Source of the DNA: Candidatus Hydrogenedentota bacterium
GTDB taxonomy: Bacteria; Hydrogenedentota; Hydrogenedentia; Hydrogenedentales; JAEUWI01
Reading direction: 5' to 3'
Assembly: GCA_034669905.1 (NCBI GenBank)
Contig: JAXMOL010000023.1
Location: 44,901 to 108,900 of the forward strand
Length of the DNA stretch: 64,000 bases
Shown: one piece after another, positions 28,717 to 38,466 of the stretch
Numbering within the stretch: position 1 is the first letter of the stretch
Layout of the letters: every line of letters begins with the position of its first letter
Program-made: the position numbers and the translations under genes
Notes under the pieces: generated by a model
The model's database searches: none
Told to the model about the DNA's origin: nothing
What the model saw: only the letters and a program-made list of their open reading frames with translations

Positions 28717-30291
28717 CTACTCCTCCAAGACCCACTTCACCGCATTTACCAGCATCGTGTGAAACTGGGGCTCCTTGAAGTCATCGGGGTGGCCGAGGCT
28801 GGTGTAAAAGACCTTACCCCGCCCTTCGCCGGCATCGCGGATCCAGGTGACGGGCTCCACCACATCGGGGACGGACCCGTTCTGCAAAACGACGGCGTCT
28901 TCGGCCAGGGGCAGGACGTTGTAGAGGGAGCCCTTGCTGTGCCATTCGGCGGGGGTGACGCCTTTCATGATGGGATGACCGCTGTGGACGTTTTTCACGT
29001 CGGATTCGAGGTCGTTGGCCTCGTGGCCGTGATAGCTTCCGCCGAGGACCTCCCCATCGAGGGTGGTCCATTCGGCCTGTCCTTCGGGCACCTCATAGGT
29101 GCCGTCTTTGGCGAACTTAATCTTGAAGGCATGGCTGGCGGTGCGTATTCCGATCACGGGCTTGCCGGCCTTCACGTGGGCCTGGAGGGCGGCGAGCTGC
29201 TCGGGGGCAAGGCCCAGGCGGCGGACGTAGACCACGACGGCGTCGGCGGTGGCGATATTCTCCGTACCGGGGATGCTGTGCCCCCCTTCTCCGTGGAGCA
29301 CGGTGGCATGGATACCCGCTTCCTCCCGGAGGCGCTGGGCGAATTCGGGCATGGTCTTGTCGCCATGGTAATGATCGTCACTGACCATGAAAACCACATG
29401 GGGCCTCGGGTCGCCCTGAAATCGAAAGGCAGGCTTGCCGGTAAAGTCGGTGCTCAAGATGGTCGGGCACCAATATTTCTCGATGTGCTCGATAATCATT
29501 TCCGTGCCGCGATAGTGGCTGACCTTGGGCTCCATTTCGGGGTTGTAGAGGCTGTCGGTCATGTCGCGCATGAGGGCCACGTTCATTCCGAGATAGGTCA
29601 ACTGGCGGATTCCGAAGGGGCGCCCCAGCACACACATATTGGTGTGAACGCCCATGAGGATGACGTTCTCGATGCCCTCTTCCTTGAGCAGGTAGTAAAC
29701 TTCCTTCTCGTGGCCAATGGCGTCGTTTTCGCCAATTTCGATGGCCGGGTGCTGGCGTGTCTGGGGACGTCCCTCCAATACCGGTCCCTCCCAGCCATTG
29801 TCGGAATCGTCTACCGGGAGTTCGGCTTCCCGTTCTTTGTTGAGATAGTTCCACTGGAGCGGCGGGTCGGTTTCCACGACGGGCGCATTGAGACAGCGGG
29901 CGCGTTGGGGCGTGTCCTTATAGAAGTCGACATTGCCGCTGGGCGCGTGGATGATGAGCACGCCCTTCTCCCGAGCGGCCTTCAGCACGTTGTTCATCTC
30001 GACGGCCATCTCGGCGACGCGGTCAGCGGGAATTTTGTTCTTAAGGGTATCCCACATGTCACAGACGATGATGGCGGTCTTTTCGCCTTCCCATTCCCGG
30101 GTCTTGTAGACCAGGGTGAAGGGCCGGTCGCTCACGGGGATATCGAGCTTGGTGTGGGCTTTTTCTGGCGGCACCCATTCCGAGGTCTTGACCCGGTCGC
30201 GGGTGTGGAGGGTCAACGGCGCCGAGACGGCCGGAATGGCGAGTAGCGCCATCCCCAGTGCGAGCGACAACGCTATGATCTTATTCAGCAT
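28717..30291 (-). CDS. Secreted isochorismatase-family + ThuA-domain protein
   Basis: TAIIVCDMWD, IIHAPS, GVHTNMCVLGRPFG; C-terminal GIRTASHAF and FYTSLGHPDDF. Confidence 0.88.
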   Translation of the reverse strand: MLNKIIALSLALGMALLAIPAVSAPLTLHTRDRVKTSEWVPPEKAHTKLDIPVSDRPFTLVYKTREWEGEKTAIIVCDMWDTLKNKIPADRVAEMAVEMNNVLKAAREKGVLIIHAPSGNVDFYKDTPQRARCLNAPVVETDPPLQWNYLNKEREAELPVDDSDNGWEGPVLEGRPQTRQHPAIEIGENDAIGHEKEVYYLLKEEGIENVILMGVHTNMCVLGRPFGIRQLTYLGMNVALMRDMTDSLYNPEMEPKVSHYRGTEMIIEHIEKYWCPTILSTDFTGKPAFRFQGDPRPHVVFMVSDDHYHGDKTMPEFAQRLREEAGIHATVLHGEGGHSIPGTENIATADAVVVYVRRLGLAPEQLAALQAHVKAGKPVIGIRTASHAFKIKFAKDGTYEVPEGQAEWTTLDGEVLGGSYHGHEANDLESDVKNVHSGHPIMKGVTPAEWHSKGSLYNVLPLAEDAVVLQNGSVPDVVEPVTWIRDAGEGRGKVFYTSLGHPDDFKEPQFHTMLVNAVKWVLEE

Positions 30292-30367
30292 GTTAAGTTT
30301 CCTTTGAATGTCTCAGCAATCTGATGTCTTCAGTGTTTTCTCGTTGTCCAGAGGGGCTTCGTCCAAG

Positions 30368-30717
30368 GCTCGAAGCGGAGCTCCGGCGACGGCATTCCCA
30401 GGCAGAACTTGGGAACGAGGGAAATATCCTTGTGAAACTTCCTGTCTCACCCCCTTCGGGGGTTCTATCTCTTTTACGCTGATTTACCCTGGGTTGCGCT
30501 CGTACCTCGCTCCACCCAGGGCTACAATCTATCGTCCCTTCGGGACTAATACCTGTGCCTCGAAAGATCCGGAAAGGAAGACCAGCGTTCTTCGTGGCCG
30601 CACGGCTTCGAAGCATTCCTCACCACGGCGAGTCTCCGACCCTCCTGGGAGGGGTCTGGGGTGAGATTCCGACACGGTTGAGACGTTGACCCACCCCCAG
30701 CCCCTCCAAGGAGGGGA
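30368..30717. repeat. Cluster of three REP-like palindrome families
   Basis: TTCCCAGG..CTTGGGAACGAG (30395-30419); CCCTTCGGG hairpins (30449-30463, 30535-30546) flanking CCCTGGGT..ACCCAGGG; CCCTCC-nn-GGAGGGG inverted pair (30640-30665, 30690-30717). Confidence 0.65.
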
Positions 30718-30746
30718 GCACCTTCTCGACGGGGTCTCAAGAAGAA

Positions 30747-30914
30747 CATCACCCATCACCCATCACCCATCACCCATCACCCATCACCCATCACCCATCA
30801 CCCATCACCCATCACCCTTCACCCTTCACCCATCACCCATCACCCTTCACCCTTCACCCTTCACCCTTCACCCTTCACCCTTCACCCTTCACCCTTCACC
30901 CTTCACCCTTCACC
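30747..30914. repeat. Heptamer tandem array (CATCACC)10(CTTCACC)2(CATCACC)2(CTTCACC)10
   Basis: 24 perfect 7-bp units counted base by base (168 bp). Confidence 0.97.
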
Positions 30915-30920
30915 CACCCC

Positions 30921-32225
30921 TCAGCCCAGCTTCCAATCCCCCCGATACTCGTAGTGCAACAAGTCGTTCGCCTCTTTGCTGTTGGTAATCTGCTCTTTTT
31001 CCGCGTCCCATTCGAGGCGGATGCCGGTGGCCAACGAGATATTGGCCAGCAAACTGAAGGAGGTCGAACGGTGTCCGATTTCCACGTCCGCATTGGGCAG
31101 TTCCCGTGAGCGGACACAATCCAGGAAATTTCGCGCATGACGTTCGGTCAACTTGGCGTTGTGTCCGTCGTCCTGGTCCTCCATACCTTCCATGCGCGGC
31201 TCACGATCTTGGAACTGGCCGCCCCGCTCGGGGATGATCTGATAGTTTTTTCCGCTCACATACACGGTCCCCTGCGTGCCCCGCAACTCAATTTCACCGA
31301 AACGCAAGGCCGGATTGCCACTCGCCTCATACTGCCCAAAGATAAAGAGCCGTCCCGAGGGCAATTGAAAGACCGCCTCCATCGTATCGGGCACCGTTCG
31401 GTCATCGTCGATGACAAACTTGCCGCCCATGGCGCATACCGACGTGGGCGCCAGGTCGTCGCACATCCAACGGCTTGCATCCAGATAATGGACGCCCCAG
31501 TTACCCATTTGGGAGGAATAGAGATGCCACCAGCGGAATTTGTAGGGCGCGATATTGTCCTGATAGGGACGGGCAGGCCGCGGACCGAGCCACATATCCC
31601 AGTCGAAGCCTTCGGGTGGAGCGCTGTGGGGAGACTTCCCCATACCATTGGGATACATGTTGCTGAGCCGATAGGAACGACCCACCGAAACATGGCCCAC
31701 CGTACCTTTGCTCACCACGTCGTGGAGCCGGTGATAGAGGGGTGAGGAGCGCCGGTGGGTACCCACCTGAACAATGCGCTCATTGCGTCGCGCGGCCTCC
31801 ACCATCTTCCGCCCTTCGTGAATGGTAATGGAGAGGGGCTTCTCAACGTAGACATCTTTGCCCGCGTTGCAGGCGTCGATGGTCTGGATGGCGTGCCAGT
31901 GATCGGGCGTGGCAATGACCACGGCGTCGATGCCGGGGTGCTCGATAATCTTGCGGAAATCCTTATAGGTCTCCACATTGCCGCCGATGATGGCCTTCTG
32001 CTTTTCGAGATAGGGCTCGTAGAGATCGCAGATCGCCACAATCTCCATGTCTTCGTGGGCCATAAAGGCGGCGATAAGCTGGCCGCCCCGATTGCCCACG
32101 CCGATGAATCCCAGGCGGATTTTGTCATTGGCACTGGGTGCTGCCGAAGCCCGCGCAGCGGCCACGCCCATCGCCGCGGCGACCGTGGATTTTGTAAAGT
32201 TTCTGCGGCTGATCTCGTTCGACAT
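30921..32225 (-). CDS. Tat-exported Gfo/Idh/MocA family oxidoreductase
   Basis: SRRNF, GFIGVGNRG, ATPDHWH, YVEKP, DWDMWLGP, WGVHYLD. Confidence 0.95.
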   Translation of the reverse strand: MSNEISRRNFTKSTVAAAMGVAAARASAAPSANDKIRLGFIGVGNRGGQLIAAFMAHEDMEIVAICDLYEPYLEKQKAIIGGNVETYKDFRKIIEHPGIDAVVIATPDHWHAIQTIDACNAGKDVYVEKPLSITIHEGRKMVEAARRNERIVQVGTHRRSSPLYHRLHDVVSKGTVGHVSVGRSYRLSNMYPNGMGKSPHSAPPEGFDWDMWLGPRPARPYQDNIAPYKFRWWHLYSSQMGNWGVHYLDASRWMCDDLAPTSVCAMGGKFVIDDDRTVPDTMEAVFQLPSGRLFIFGQYEASGNPALRFGEIELRGTQGTVYVSGKNYQIIPERGGQFQDREPRMEGMEDQDDGHNAKLTERHARNFLDCVRSRELPNADVEIGHRSTSFSLLANISLATGIRLEWDAEKEQITNSKEANDLLHYEYRGDWKLG

Positions 32226-32321
32226 ATCCTGATTTTCCTCCAATTGAAACAGGCCCAGGCCTGTGATCCTTCAAGCGGTTATGCTACTCTTTCGCGGCAG
32301 TACTTTTCTAGGAGCCAACAC

Positions 32322-33122
32322 ATGACACAGATTGCGTCCAAGACAATCCTCATCACCGGCGGTGCACAAGGCATGGGCCGTCTGCTTGCCCAACGCTGCA
32401 TCGAGAAACACGCGGCCAAGCTCATCCTTTGGGATATCAACGAAGGACAATTAAGCGAAACCGTGTCCGCCCTGTCCGGAAAAGAAGCTGACGTGACGGG
32501 TACGGTCGTCAACGTGCGCGATGGTGATGCCGTGGCCGCCGCGGCCGAGGAAGCAGGACACGTCGACATCCTCGTGAACAATGCCGGCATCGTAGCCGGC
32601 AAGCCCCTCGCCGAGCAGAGCCACGCCGACATCGACCGCACCATTGGCGTCAATGTGTCCGGGGTCATCCATACGACCCGCGCGTTTCTTCCGGACATGT
32701 TGGCCCACGGCGGCCACATCGTCAGCATGGCCTCGGCCTCGGGCTATATCCCCCTGCCCCGCCTCACGACCTATGCCGCAAGCAAGTGGGCCTGTCTTGG
32801 CTTCTCCGAATCCTTGCGGGTCGAGCTCCGCGATCAGCCCAATGTGCAGGTCACGACGGTGTGCCCAAGTTATATCGACACGGGCATGTTTGATGGGGTC
32901 CGTGCGCCAATCGGTGCGCCCCTCCTGACTCCAGACTACGCCGTCTCGCGGATTCTGCGTGCGATTGAAGAGGATCAGGCCAAGGTCAACATGCCTTGGC
33001 TCGTTCACCTCATGCCCCTCTGCTACAACCTGCTGCCGTCGTGGATATTCGAGCCCATCATCGGGCGGGGGCTTGGCGTCTACCGCGCCATGGACCACTT
33101 CAGGGGCCATGGGGACGAATAA
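32322..33122 (+). CDS. Short-chain dehydrogenase/reductase
   Basis: AGGAG RBS before ATG 32322; TGGAQGMG, NNAG, YAASK. Confidence 0.93.
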   Translation: MTQIASKTILITGGAQGMGRLLAQRCIEKHAAKLILWDINEGQLSETVSALSGKEADVTGTVVNVRDGDAVAAAAEEAGHVDILVNNAGIVAGKPLAEQSHADIDRTIGVNVSGVIHTTRAFLPDMLAHGGHIVSMASASGYIPLPRLTTYAASKWACLGFSESLRVELRDQPNVQVTTVCPSYIDTGMFDGVRAPIGAPLLTPDYAVSRILRAIEEDQAKVNMPWLVHLMPLCYNLLPSWIFEPIIGRGLGVYRAMDHFRGHGDE

Positions 33123-33125
33123 ACG

Positions 33126-33761
33126 CTACTGGTCGATACCCGCAATAAGGTTTCGATACGACTGCTCCAGCAATCGCTCGACTTCGGTCCAGTCCGATGA
33201 AACGTCCCGGACGCGTGCCGCTTCGGCGCGGAGTATTCCCGCCTCTCTGATTCGGTCGTTCGTCGCGCCGAAGAGGATGGCGTAGAGTTTTTCAATCTTC
33301 TCCCCCACCTGTTCGACGCTCTTTTGTCCGGACCTTCGTCGTGCCATCCACCAGTCCAATTCCGCCTCCGCCGCGACGTGGGGGTCAAATTCCATGCCGC
33401 GTGCCGCCTTGATTCCATCGTAGGCGAAGGCAATATCCTCTATCAGCCCCGCCCGGTCGCGCGTGCCCATTCCCCGCGCGGCAAGGGCGAATTGCAGGGA
33501 TGCCGAAGTCAGGCGTGATGAGACGCGCCAGGTGCGATAATGGGATAATCCAAATTGCTCGTGAAGCATGAGGCTCAATTCATTGCGAAGGGTCGTTGAA
33601 TCCCGCTGATAGTAGGCCTGCCACATCCGGGTTTCCGAGCGCGCCAGCGCTGTGGCGTCGAGTGGTGGATTGGTGTTCCTGAAATAGAGAAACCAGAGCA
33701 AGAACACCACGAGAAACAGTGTCCCCGCATTGATAATCAGTCCTCTGCGTGTTATTCGCAT
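33126..33761 (-). CDS. Hypothetical helical protein with N-terminal TM anchor
   Basis: TM helix, then ETRMWQAYY and ELDWW..RR; fills the gap between neighbouring genes. Confidence 0.75.
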   Translation of the reverse strand: MRITRRGLIINAGTLFLVVFLLWFLYFRNTNPPLDATALARSETRMWQAYYQRDSTTLRNELSLMLHEQFGLSHYRTWRVSSRLTSASLQFALAARGMGTRDRAGLIEDIAFAYDGIKAARGMEFDPHVAAEAELDWWMARRRSGQKSVEQVGEKIEKLYAILFGATNDRIREAGILRAEAARVRDVSSDWTEVERLLEQSYRNLIAGIDQ

Positions 33762-34007
33762 GGGTATACCCTCGTCTGGAACAGCTTCCAACGTAAATTA
33801 GAATGCGTTTCCGTTATCGCCGCTCTTATCCGTCTACACGTCACGAAGAGGCAAGGAGGTAACCTACGCCCTATATCCTTCGGCCATGTTGCTCAGCGTC
33901 ACCCGGCCTGCATCCCCCCTGGATTTCCAACGTGGGCTTTGTGACAGGTCGCAGACGCGCCCCAGGTGGGCAGGAATGCCTATCCTCTCTTGGCTCACTT
34001 CGCCAAA

Positions 34008-34895
34008 TCAGCAATCACTCTCAAAAGCCCGCATCACCACGGAATTATCTTCTCCGCCGTGACCCCGGTCAATCAGCTCCTTTAGGATACGCTGGTGCAA
34101 GGTGCTCAGAGGCAGATCCGCCCCGGATTTTCCACCCAATTCCAGAATCAGATCCACATCCTTGGCGTGTTGGGCGAGACGGGCCACAGGCTGGAAATCC
34201 CGCTCCAGCATCTTGCGGCCTTTGGTGGCCATGACAGCCGACGCAGCGAGTCCCGACTGCAGGACGTCGAGGGTGGTCTCTGGGTTGAGCCCGACATGTT
34301 CCGCCAGGCCCAGCGCCTCCGCGAGCACCAGGCGGTTGAGCCCCACCACCTGATTGGCCACGAGCTTCATCCGGCATCCGTCGCCCGGCTTACCGAGGTA
34401 AAACACGCGGGGTGCGAAGCAGGCCAGCACGGGCGCATAGCCCACGGCACGGGCCTCCGTATCGCCCACCAGCAAAACCGCATCGTCACCGCCCACCTGG
34501 GCGCTGGACGCCAGAACACAGACATCCACGAGATAGATATCCATCCCCCGGAGGCGCTCGGCATCTCGCTCCAGATCTTCTGCCCGCCCCGTGGTCGTAT
34601 CGAGTAAGAGCGTCCCTTCGGCCAGGGTCTCTGCCCAGGACGCTGCGCCGAAGAACAGCTCGGTGCGCACCTCCGAATTCGGCAGACTCAGCAGAATCGT
34701 GGCGCAGGCCTCCGCAACTGCTCCGGGCGAATCCACGACCTCCGCCCCCAGAGCCGCCGCCGCCTCACGGGCCGATGCGTCAATGTCGTAGCCCGTAACG
34801 GCGTAGCCGGAGGCTATAAGCCGTTGGGCCAGGGCCTTTCCCAGCAGTCCGAGGCCGATTAGACCGACGTGCTGCGCGCTTTGCTCATCCGACAT
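34008..34895 (-). CDS. 3-hydroxyisobutyrate/beta-hydroxyacid dehydrogenase family NAD(P)-dependent oxidoreductase
   Basis: GLIGLGLLG, LSLP, DTTT, MKLVAN, KDVDL. Confidence 0.9.
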   Translation of the reverse strand: MSDEQSAQHVGLIGLGLLGKALAQRLIASGYAVTGYDIDASAREAAAALGAEVVDSPGAVAEACATILLSLPNSEVRTELFFGAASWAETLAEGTLLLDTTTGRAEDLERDAERLRGMDIYLVDVCVLASSAQVGGDDAVLLVGDTEARAVGYAPVLACFAPRVFYLGKPGDGCRMKLVANQVVGLNRLVLAEALGLAEHVGLNPETTLDVLQSGLAASAVMATKGRKMLERDFQPVARLAQHAKDVDLILELGGKSGADLPLSTLHQRILKELIDRGHGGEDNSVVMRAFESDC

Positions 34896-36159
34896 GAGGC
34901 AGCTCGTAGCCCTTCCGATAGGTGCGCGACATCATGGCCTGGGCTTCGTCGTCGTTTTCGATAGCGCGTCCATCGTCGGATAGGGTCAGGGGCCGGGAGA
35001 CGCGGGTCCCGATATTTCCCAGGTGACACAGGGCGGTGGAGATAACCCCCTCGTGAATCGGCGCGTTCAACTTGTCGGGCGTACCAGCATGCACACATTC
35101 CACAAAGTTTCGCACGTTGGCCGGCAAATCATTGGGGCCACCGAGCTTTTTCTTCTCTTCGCCAATCAGTGTGACTTCCGCACCGGCGCGGCCCACCTCC
35201 AGCTTCCCCTTGTCCCCATAGTAGACCACGCCATTGTCGTGGCCCTCCATCTTATAGCGGGTCCAGAGGCGCATCTCATACATGAGGTGACAATCGTCAT
35301 ATTCATAGACGACCGTCTGGGTATCGGGGGTCTCATGATCATCGTTGTAGAAAAGTTGTCCCCCCGTGGCCACGACACGCTTGGGGTAGCCCACCCCCAT
35401 GCCCCAGCGCATCATGTCAATCTGGTGAATGCCGTCATTGCCAATATCGCCGCAGCCGTAATCCCAATGCCAGTGCCACTGATAGTGCCAGCGGTTCTTG
35501 GTGAAGGGCCGCTCCGGCGCGGGTCCCAGCCACCGATCGTAATCCACCCCGGGAGGGGGCGCACTTTCCTCGGCCCGGCCGATCTCCCCACGAAACTGGT
35601 GGTTAATGGCCTTCGCCATCCGCACCTTGCCCAGCCCGCCTTCCTGCATAAATTTCACCGCCGAGATGGGCCCATCGCCGCTTCGGTGTTGGGTGCCGTG
35701 CTGCACACAGAGACCTGTCGACGCCGCCGCTTCTTCCAGCGCATAGGCTTCGGCCATGTTGTGGGCACAGGGTTTCTCCACGTAGACATGTTTGCCGGCC
35801 TTCAGCGCATGGAGGGCAATGGGCGTGTGCCAATGGTCCGGCGTAACGACACTCACGCTGTCGATGGTGGGGTCATTGATGATTTCAAAAAAGTCCTGGG
35901 TGATTGTCGCGTCGATTTTTCCCTTTAAGGCCTCCGCCACCTTCCCCAGCCGTTCGGGGTCCACATCGCACACCGCCGCTATCGTACAGTTCTCCGTGGA
36001 AGCAAATGTCCGCACGTGGGTCTGACCCTGGCCCCCCAGACCGATCACGGCATGGCGTATGGGGCGCTCCAACGCCCCATGGGCGCTACGTCCGATGGAC
36101 CACGTGGCGGCGACGACTGCGCCTGACTTCAAAAGACTTCTACGCGAAAATTGCTTCAT
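34885..36159 (-). CDS. Tat-exported Gfo/Idh/MocA family oxidoreductase
   Basis: MKQFSRRSLL after GGAGA; GLGGQG, TPDHWH, YVEKP, NDGIHQID. Confidence 0.95.
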   Translation of the reverse strand: MKQFSRRSLLKSGAVVAATWSIGRSAHGALERPIRHAVIGLGGQGQTHVRTFASTENCTIAAVCDVDPERLGKVAEALKGKIDATITQDFFEIINDPTIDSVSVVTPDHWHTPIALHALKAGKHVYVEKPCAHNMAEAYALEEAAASTGLCVQHGTQHRSGDGPISAVKFMQEGGLGKVRMAKAINHQFRGEIGRAEESAPPPGVDYDRWLGPAPERPFTKNRWHYQWHWHWDYGCGDIGNDGIHQIDMMRWGMGVGYPKRVVATGGQLFYNDDHETPDTQTVVYEYDDCHLMYEMRLWTRYKMEGHDNGVVYYGDKGKLEVGRAGAEVTLIGEEKKKLGGPNDLPANVRNFVECVHAGTPDKLNAPIHEGVISTALCHLGNIGTRVSRPLTLSDDGRAIENDDEAQAMMSRTYRKGYELPHVG

Positions 36160-36368
36160 AACCCGTCTCTCCAGCTGGTTTTTCAGTAGTGCTTGAGAAC
36201 ATAGTGCACCGATTTCAGTTCGAAATACAATTCCACCGTTTACCTTCTCCACCACAAAATCACCACGCACCCCACCCACCTTTGATACCGACCCCATCCT
36301 TTCAGGTACACTAGCGCCCAACGTCTCTGACACTCCCATATATCTTCGCTGGAAGTAGATCGCATCGC

Positions 36369-37874
36369 ATGGTTTTCGCACCTTCGTCTCCGCCACCGGC
36401 CCAGACTGCCCTGGTTAATGAATCTCTCCAATCCTGGCGTGAACGTTTGATTCACGCCGTCCTCCTCGGGGCCACTCTCCTCGGAACCCCCGTCGTCGTT
36501 GCAGGACTGGCCATGCCTGTTCGGCACGGTGACTACGGGCTGGCCAGTATCTACCTCATACTCTATGCCGCACTCGTGGCCTGCACCTTTCTGCCCCGGG
36601 TGAGCTTCAATCTCCGGGCTTTCACTATCGTCTTCCTGTTTTATCTCGTGGGAACCACCGAGTATTGGAACACCGGCCTGGTGGGCGATGGAAAGATTTA
36701 CTTCTTCGGCTCTATCGTACTATCCGGATTGCTCTTTGGGGTAAAAGGGAGCGTGGCGTCGACGACCCTATGTATTGCCACGGCACTGGTGGCCTGCGTA
36801 CGTTTTCTCTACCTGGAGCCGCCGGGGCAAGTATACCTCGGGCAAATTTCTTACCACGCCATCCATTGGGTGACGTCCCTCCTCAGCCTCACCTTCCTGA
36901 GCGCCACGGTCAACATTTCGGTGGGTTATCTATTGCGCCGTCTGGAATCCAGTCGGGAGGCCGCAAGTCAAATCGCCCGTCAGTTGGGCGAAGAAGTGGC
37001 CCAACGGCAGGAAGCCCAAACTGAATTGGCCCGATACCAGAGCAACCTCGAGTCGCTGGTGGAACGTCGCACGGAAGAATTACGCGATACCCAACGGGAG
37101 CTGCGCCACCAGGAAAGCCTCGCCTCACTGGGCAAATTGACGACCACCATCAGCCATGAGCTACGTACCCCCCTGGGCACCATCCACAGCTCCGCCTTCT
37201 TTCTCACCCGCAACCTGAAGGAGATAGACGACGCAACCCGGCGCGCCCTGGACCGGATAGACCGTAATGTTAAACGCTGTGATCACATCATTGAAGAATT
37301 GGTTCACTTCGGCAACGATGAAGCGCTCCAGAAAGAATCCCTCTTATTGGACGACTGGCTTGGCAAAGCCGTGGACGCAATGGATATCGTCGGCGAAGCC
37401 CAACTGGAATGGGACCTGCAAGCGGCATGTTCCTGCCTCGTGGATGAGACCCAATTGTTCTGGTGTCTGCGGAATGTCGTGACGAACGCCGCTGAGGTGC
37501 TCGCCGAGTTTGGACCGGCCACCGCAGAGGCAGCCCGTATCCGCATTCACTCGCAGGTCGAGGGCGAAAGCGTGGTGGTGCGGATAGAAGACAACGGTAT
37601 CGGCATTCCCCCAGAAGATTTGCCCCACGTATTTGAGCCTCTTTTCAGCACGAAGGGAGTGGGTGCTGGTCTCGGCCTGGCCATTGCCCGAAAAATAGCG
37701 CGCATCCACGGTGGGGATATGGAAGTGCTCTCGGGCAACCCCGGAGCGACGCAACTGGCCATCATCCTGCCCCGCGAAGCCGCCACTCTTCAGCCCTCAG
37801 AGCCCACGCCGCCCCGTGGAGAAACTGTTCCAGCAGAGCCGATGCCCCCCATCCCCAATGGACGCCCCGTCTAG
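36369..37874 (+). CDS. Membrane sensor histidine kinase (orphan)
   Basis: About six TM helices, coiled coil, SHELRTPL H-box, NVVTNA, DNGIG, FEPLFSTK, GLGL. Confidence 0.93.
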   Translation: MVFAPSSPPPAQTALVNESLQSWRERLIHAVLLGATLLGTPVVVAGLAMPVRHGDYGLASIYLILYAALVACTFLPRVSFNLRAFTIVFLFYLVGTTEYWNTGLVGDGKIYFFGSIVLSGLLFGVKGSVASTTLCIATALVACVRFLYLEPPGQVYLGQISYHAIHWVTSLLSLTFLSATVNISVGYLLRRLESSREAASQIARQLGEEVAQRQEAQTELARYQSNLESLVERRTEELRDTQRELRHQESLASLGKLTTTISHELRTPLGTIHSSAFFLTRNLKEIDDATRRALDRIDRNVKRCDHIIEELVHFGNDEALQKESLLLDDWLGKAVDAMDIVGEAQLEWDLQAACSCLVDETQLFWCLRNVVTNAAEVLAEFGPATAEAARIRIHSQVEGESVVVRIEDNGIGIPPEDLPHVFEPLFSTKGVGAGLGLAIARKIARIHGGDMEVLSGNPGATQLAIILPREAATLQPSEPTPPRGETVPAEPMPPIPNGRPV

Positions 37875-38173
37875 GGCTCATCCCGATAGGTGGCCACCAG
37901 TTTCTGCAGGGCCGTCGCCGTGCTATCGAGGGTCTTCAGCAAGTCTTTGAGGTCCGCCGCATTCTCGTCTTCGAGCTCACGGAGTTGTCGGGCAAACTCA
38001 TAGGCGGCCCGCAGGGCAAAGGCCTGGCTGTCGATACGGTCGGCATCGGCTTCCATGGAGGCCACCAGCCGCTCCACGTCCTTCGCCAGTTCCAGGGTAT
38101 GCTTCTGGTCACGATAGACCGGCAAGCGCAGGGTCACGTTCGCAATCTTGGTCTGGATATACGGATCGCTCAC
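37871..38173 (-). CDS. zapA: Cell division protein ZapA
   Basis: 100 aa with a ZapA-like beta-beta-helix-coiled-coil pattern; conserved position downstream of pheT. Confidence 0.75.
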   Translation of the reverse strand: MSDPYIQTKIANVTLRLPVYRDQKHTLELAKDVERLVASMEADADRIDSQAFALRAAYEFARQLRELEDENAADLKDLLKTLDSTATALQKLVATYRDEP

Positions 38174-38466
38174 CGTCGCACCTCCTCGGTGAGGGCCCGG
38201 GTATAGGCCAACACCTTGCGCAGCCCTTCGGCGAGGGCCACCTCGCGTTCGCGGTGGCCCTCGTTTTCCCGTTTCAAATCATCATAGTCCGAGGCGGCTT
38301 CCTGCAGCACGGCAATTTCCTTGCTGCGGCTCCACACCTGCTGTTGAAGGGCATCGCGGGCTTCCTGTTGAATCTTAATGGTCTCCTGCCGTTCTGCCAG
38401 GATATCTCCCAACTCCGCCGTAGCATCGGCGATCTGGCGCAGGTAGTTTTTGACCAGTGGGTTCAA
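38170..38466 (-). CDS. Small coiled-coil protein (ZapB-like)
   Basis: 98-aa coiled coil with 4-nt overlaps to both pheT and zapA. Confidence 0.65.
   Translation of the reverse strand: MNPLVKNYLRQIADATAELGDILAERQETIKIQQEARDALQQQVWSRSKEIAVLQEAASDYDDLKRENEGHREREVALAEGLRKVLAYTRALTEEVRR

Noticed and set aside
28759..30246. 495-aa plus-strand ORF
   Set aside because: Antisense shadow of the isochorismatase-ThuA gene.
30747..30914. Possible CRISPR array
   Set aside because: Contiguous 7-mers with no unique spacers, and no cas genes.
30686..30988. ORF with ITHHPSP/FTLHPSP repeats
   Set aside because: Translation of the heptamer DNA array; it overlaps the real gene's 3' end and has no clear RBS.
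31755..32321. Apparent 189-aa N-terminal extension of the SDR
   Set aside because: It overlaps the divergent oxidoreductase; the real start is ATG 32322 with an AGGAG RBS.
36160..36396. 79-aa N-terminal extension of the Gfo/Idh/MocA ORF
   Set aside because: The Tat leader and RBS place the start at 36159.
37700..37874. 6S RNA expected downstream of zapA
   Set aside because: The region is kinase coding sequence on the other strand; there is no intergenic space.
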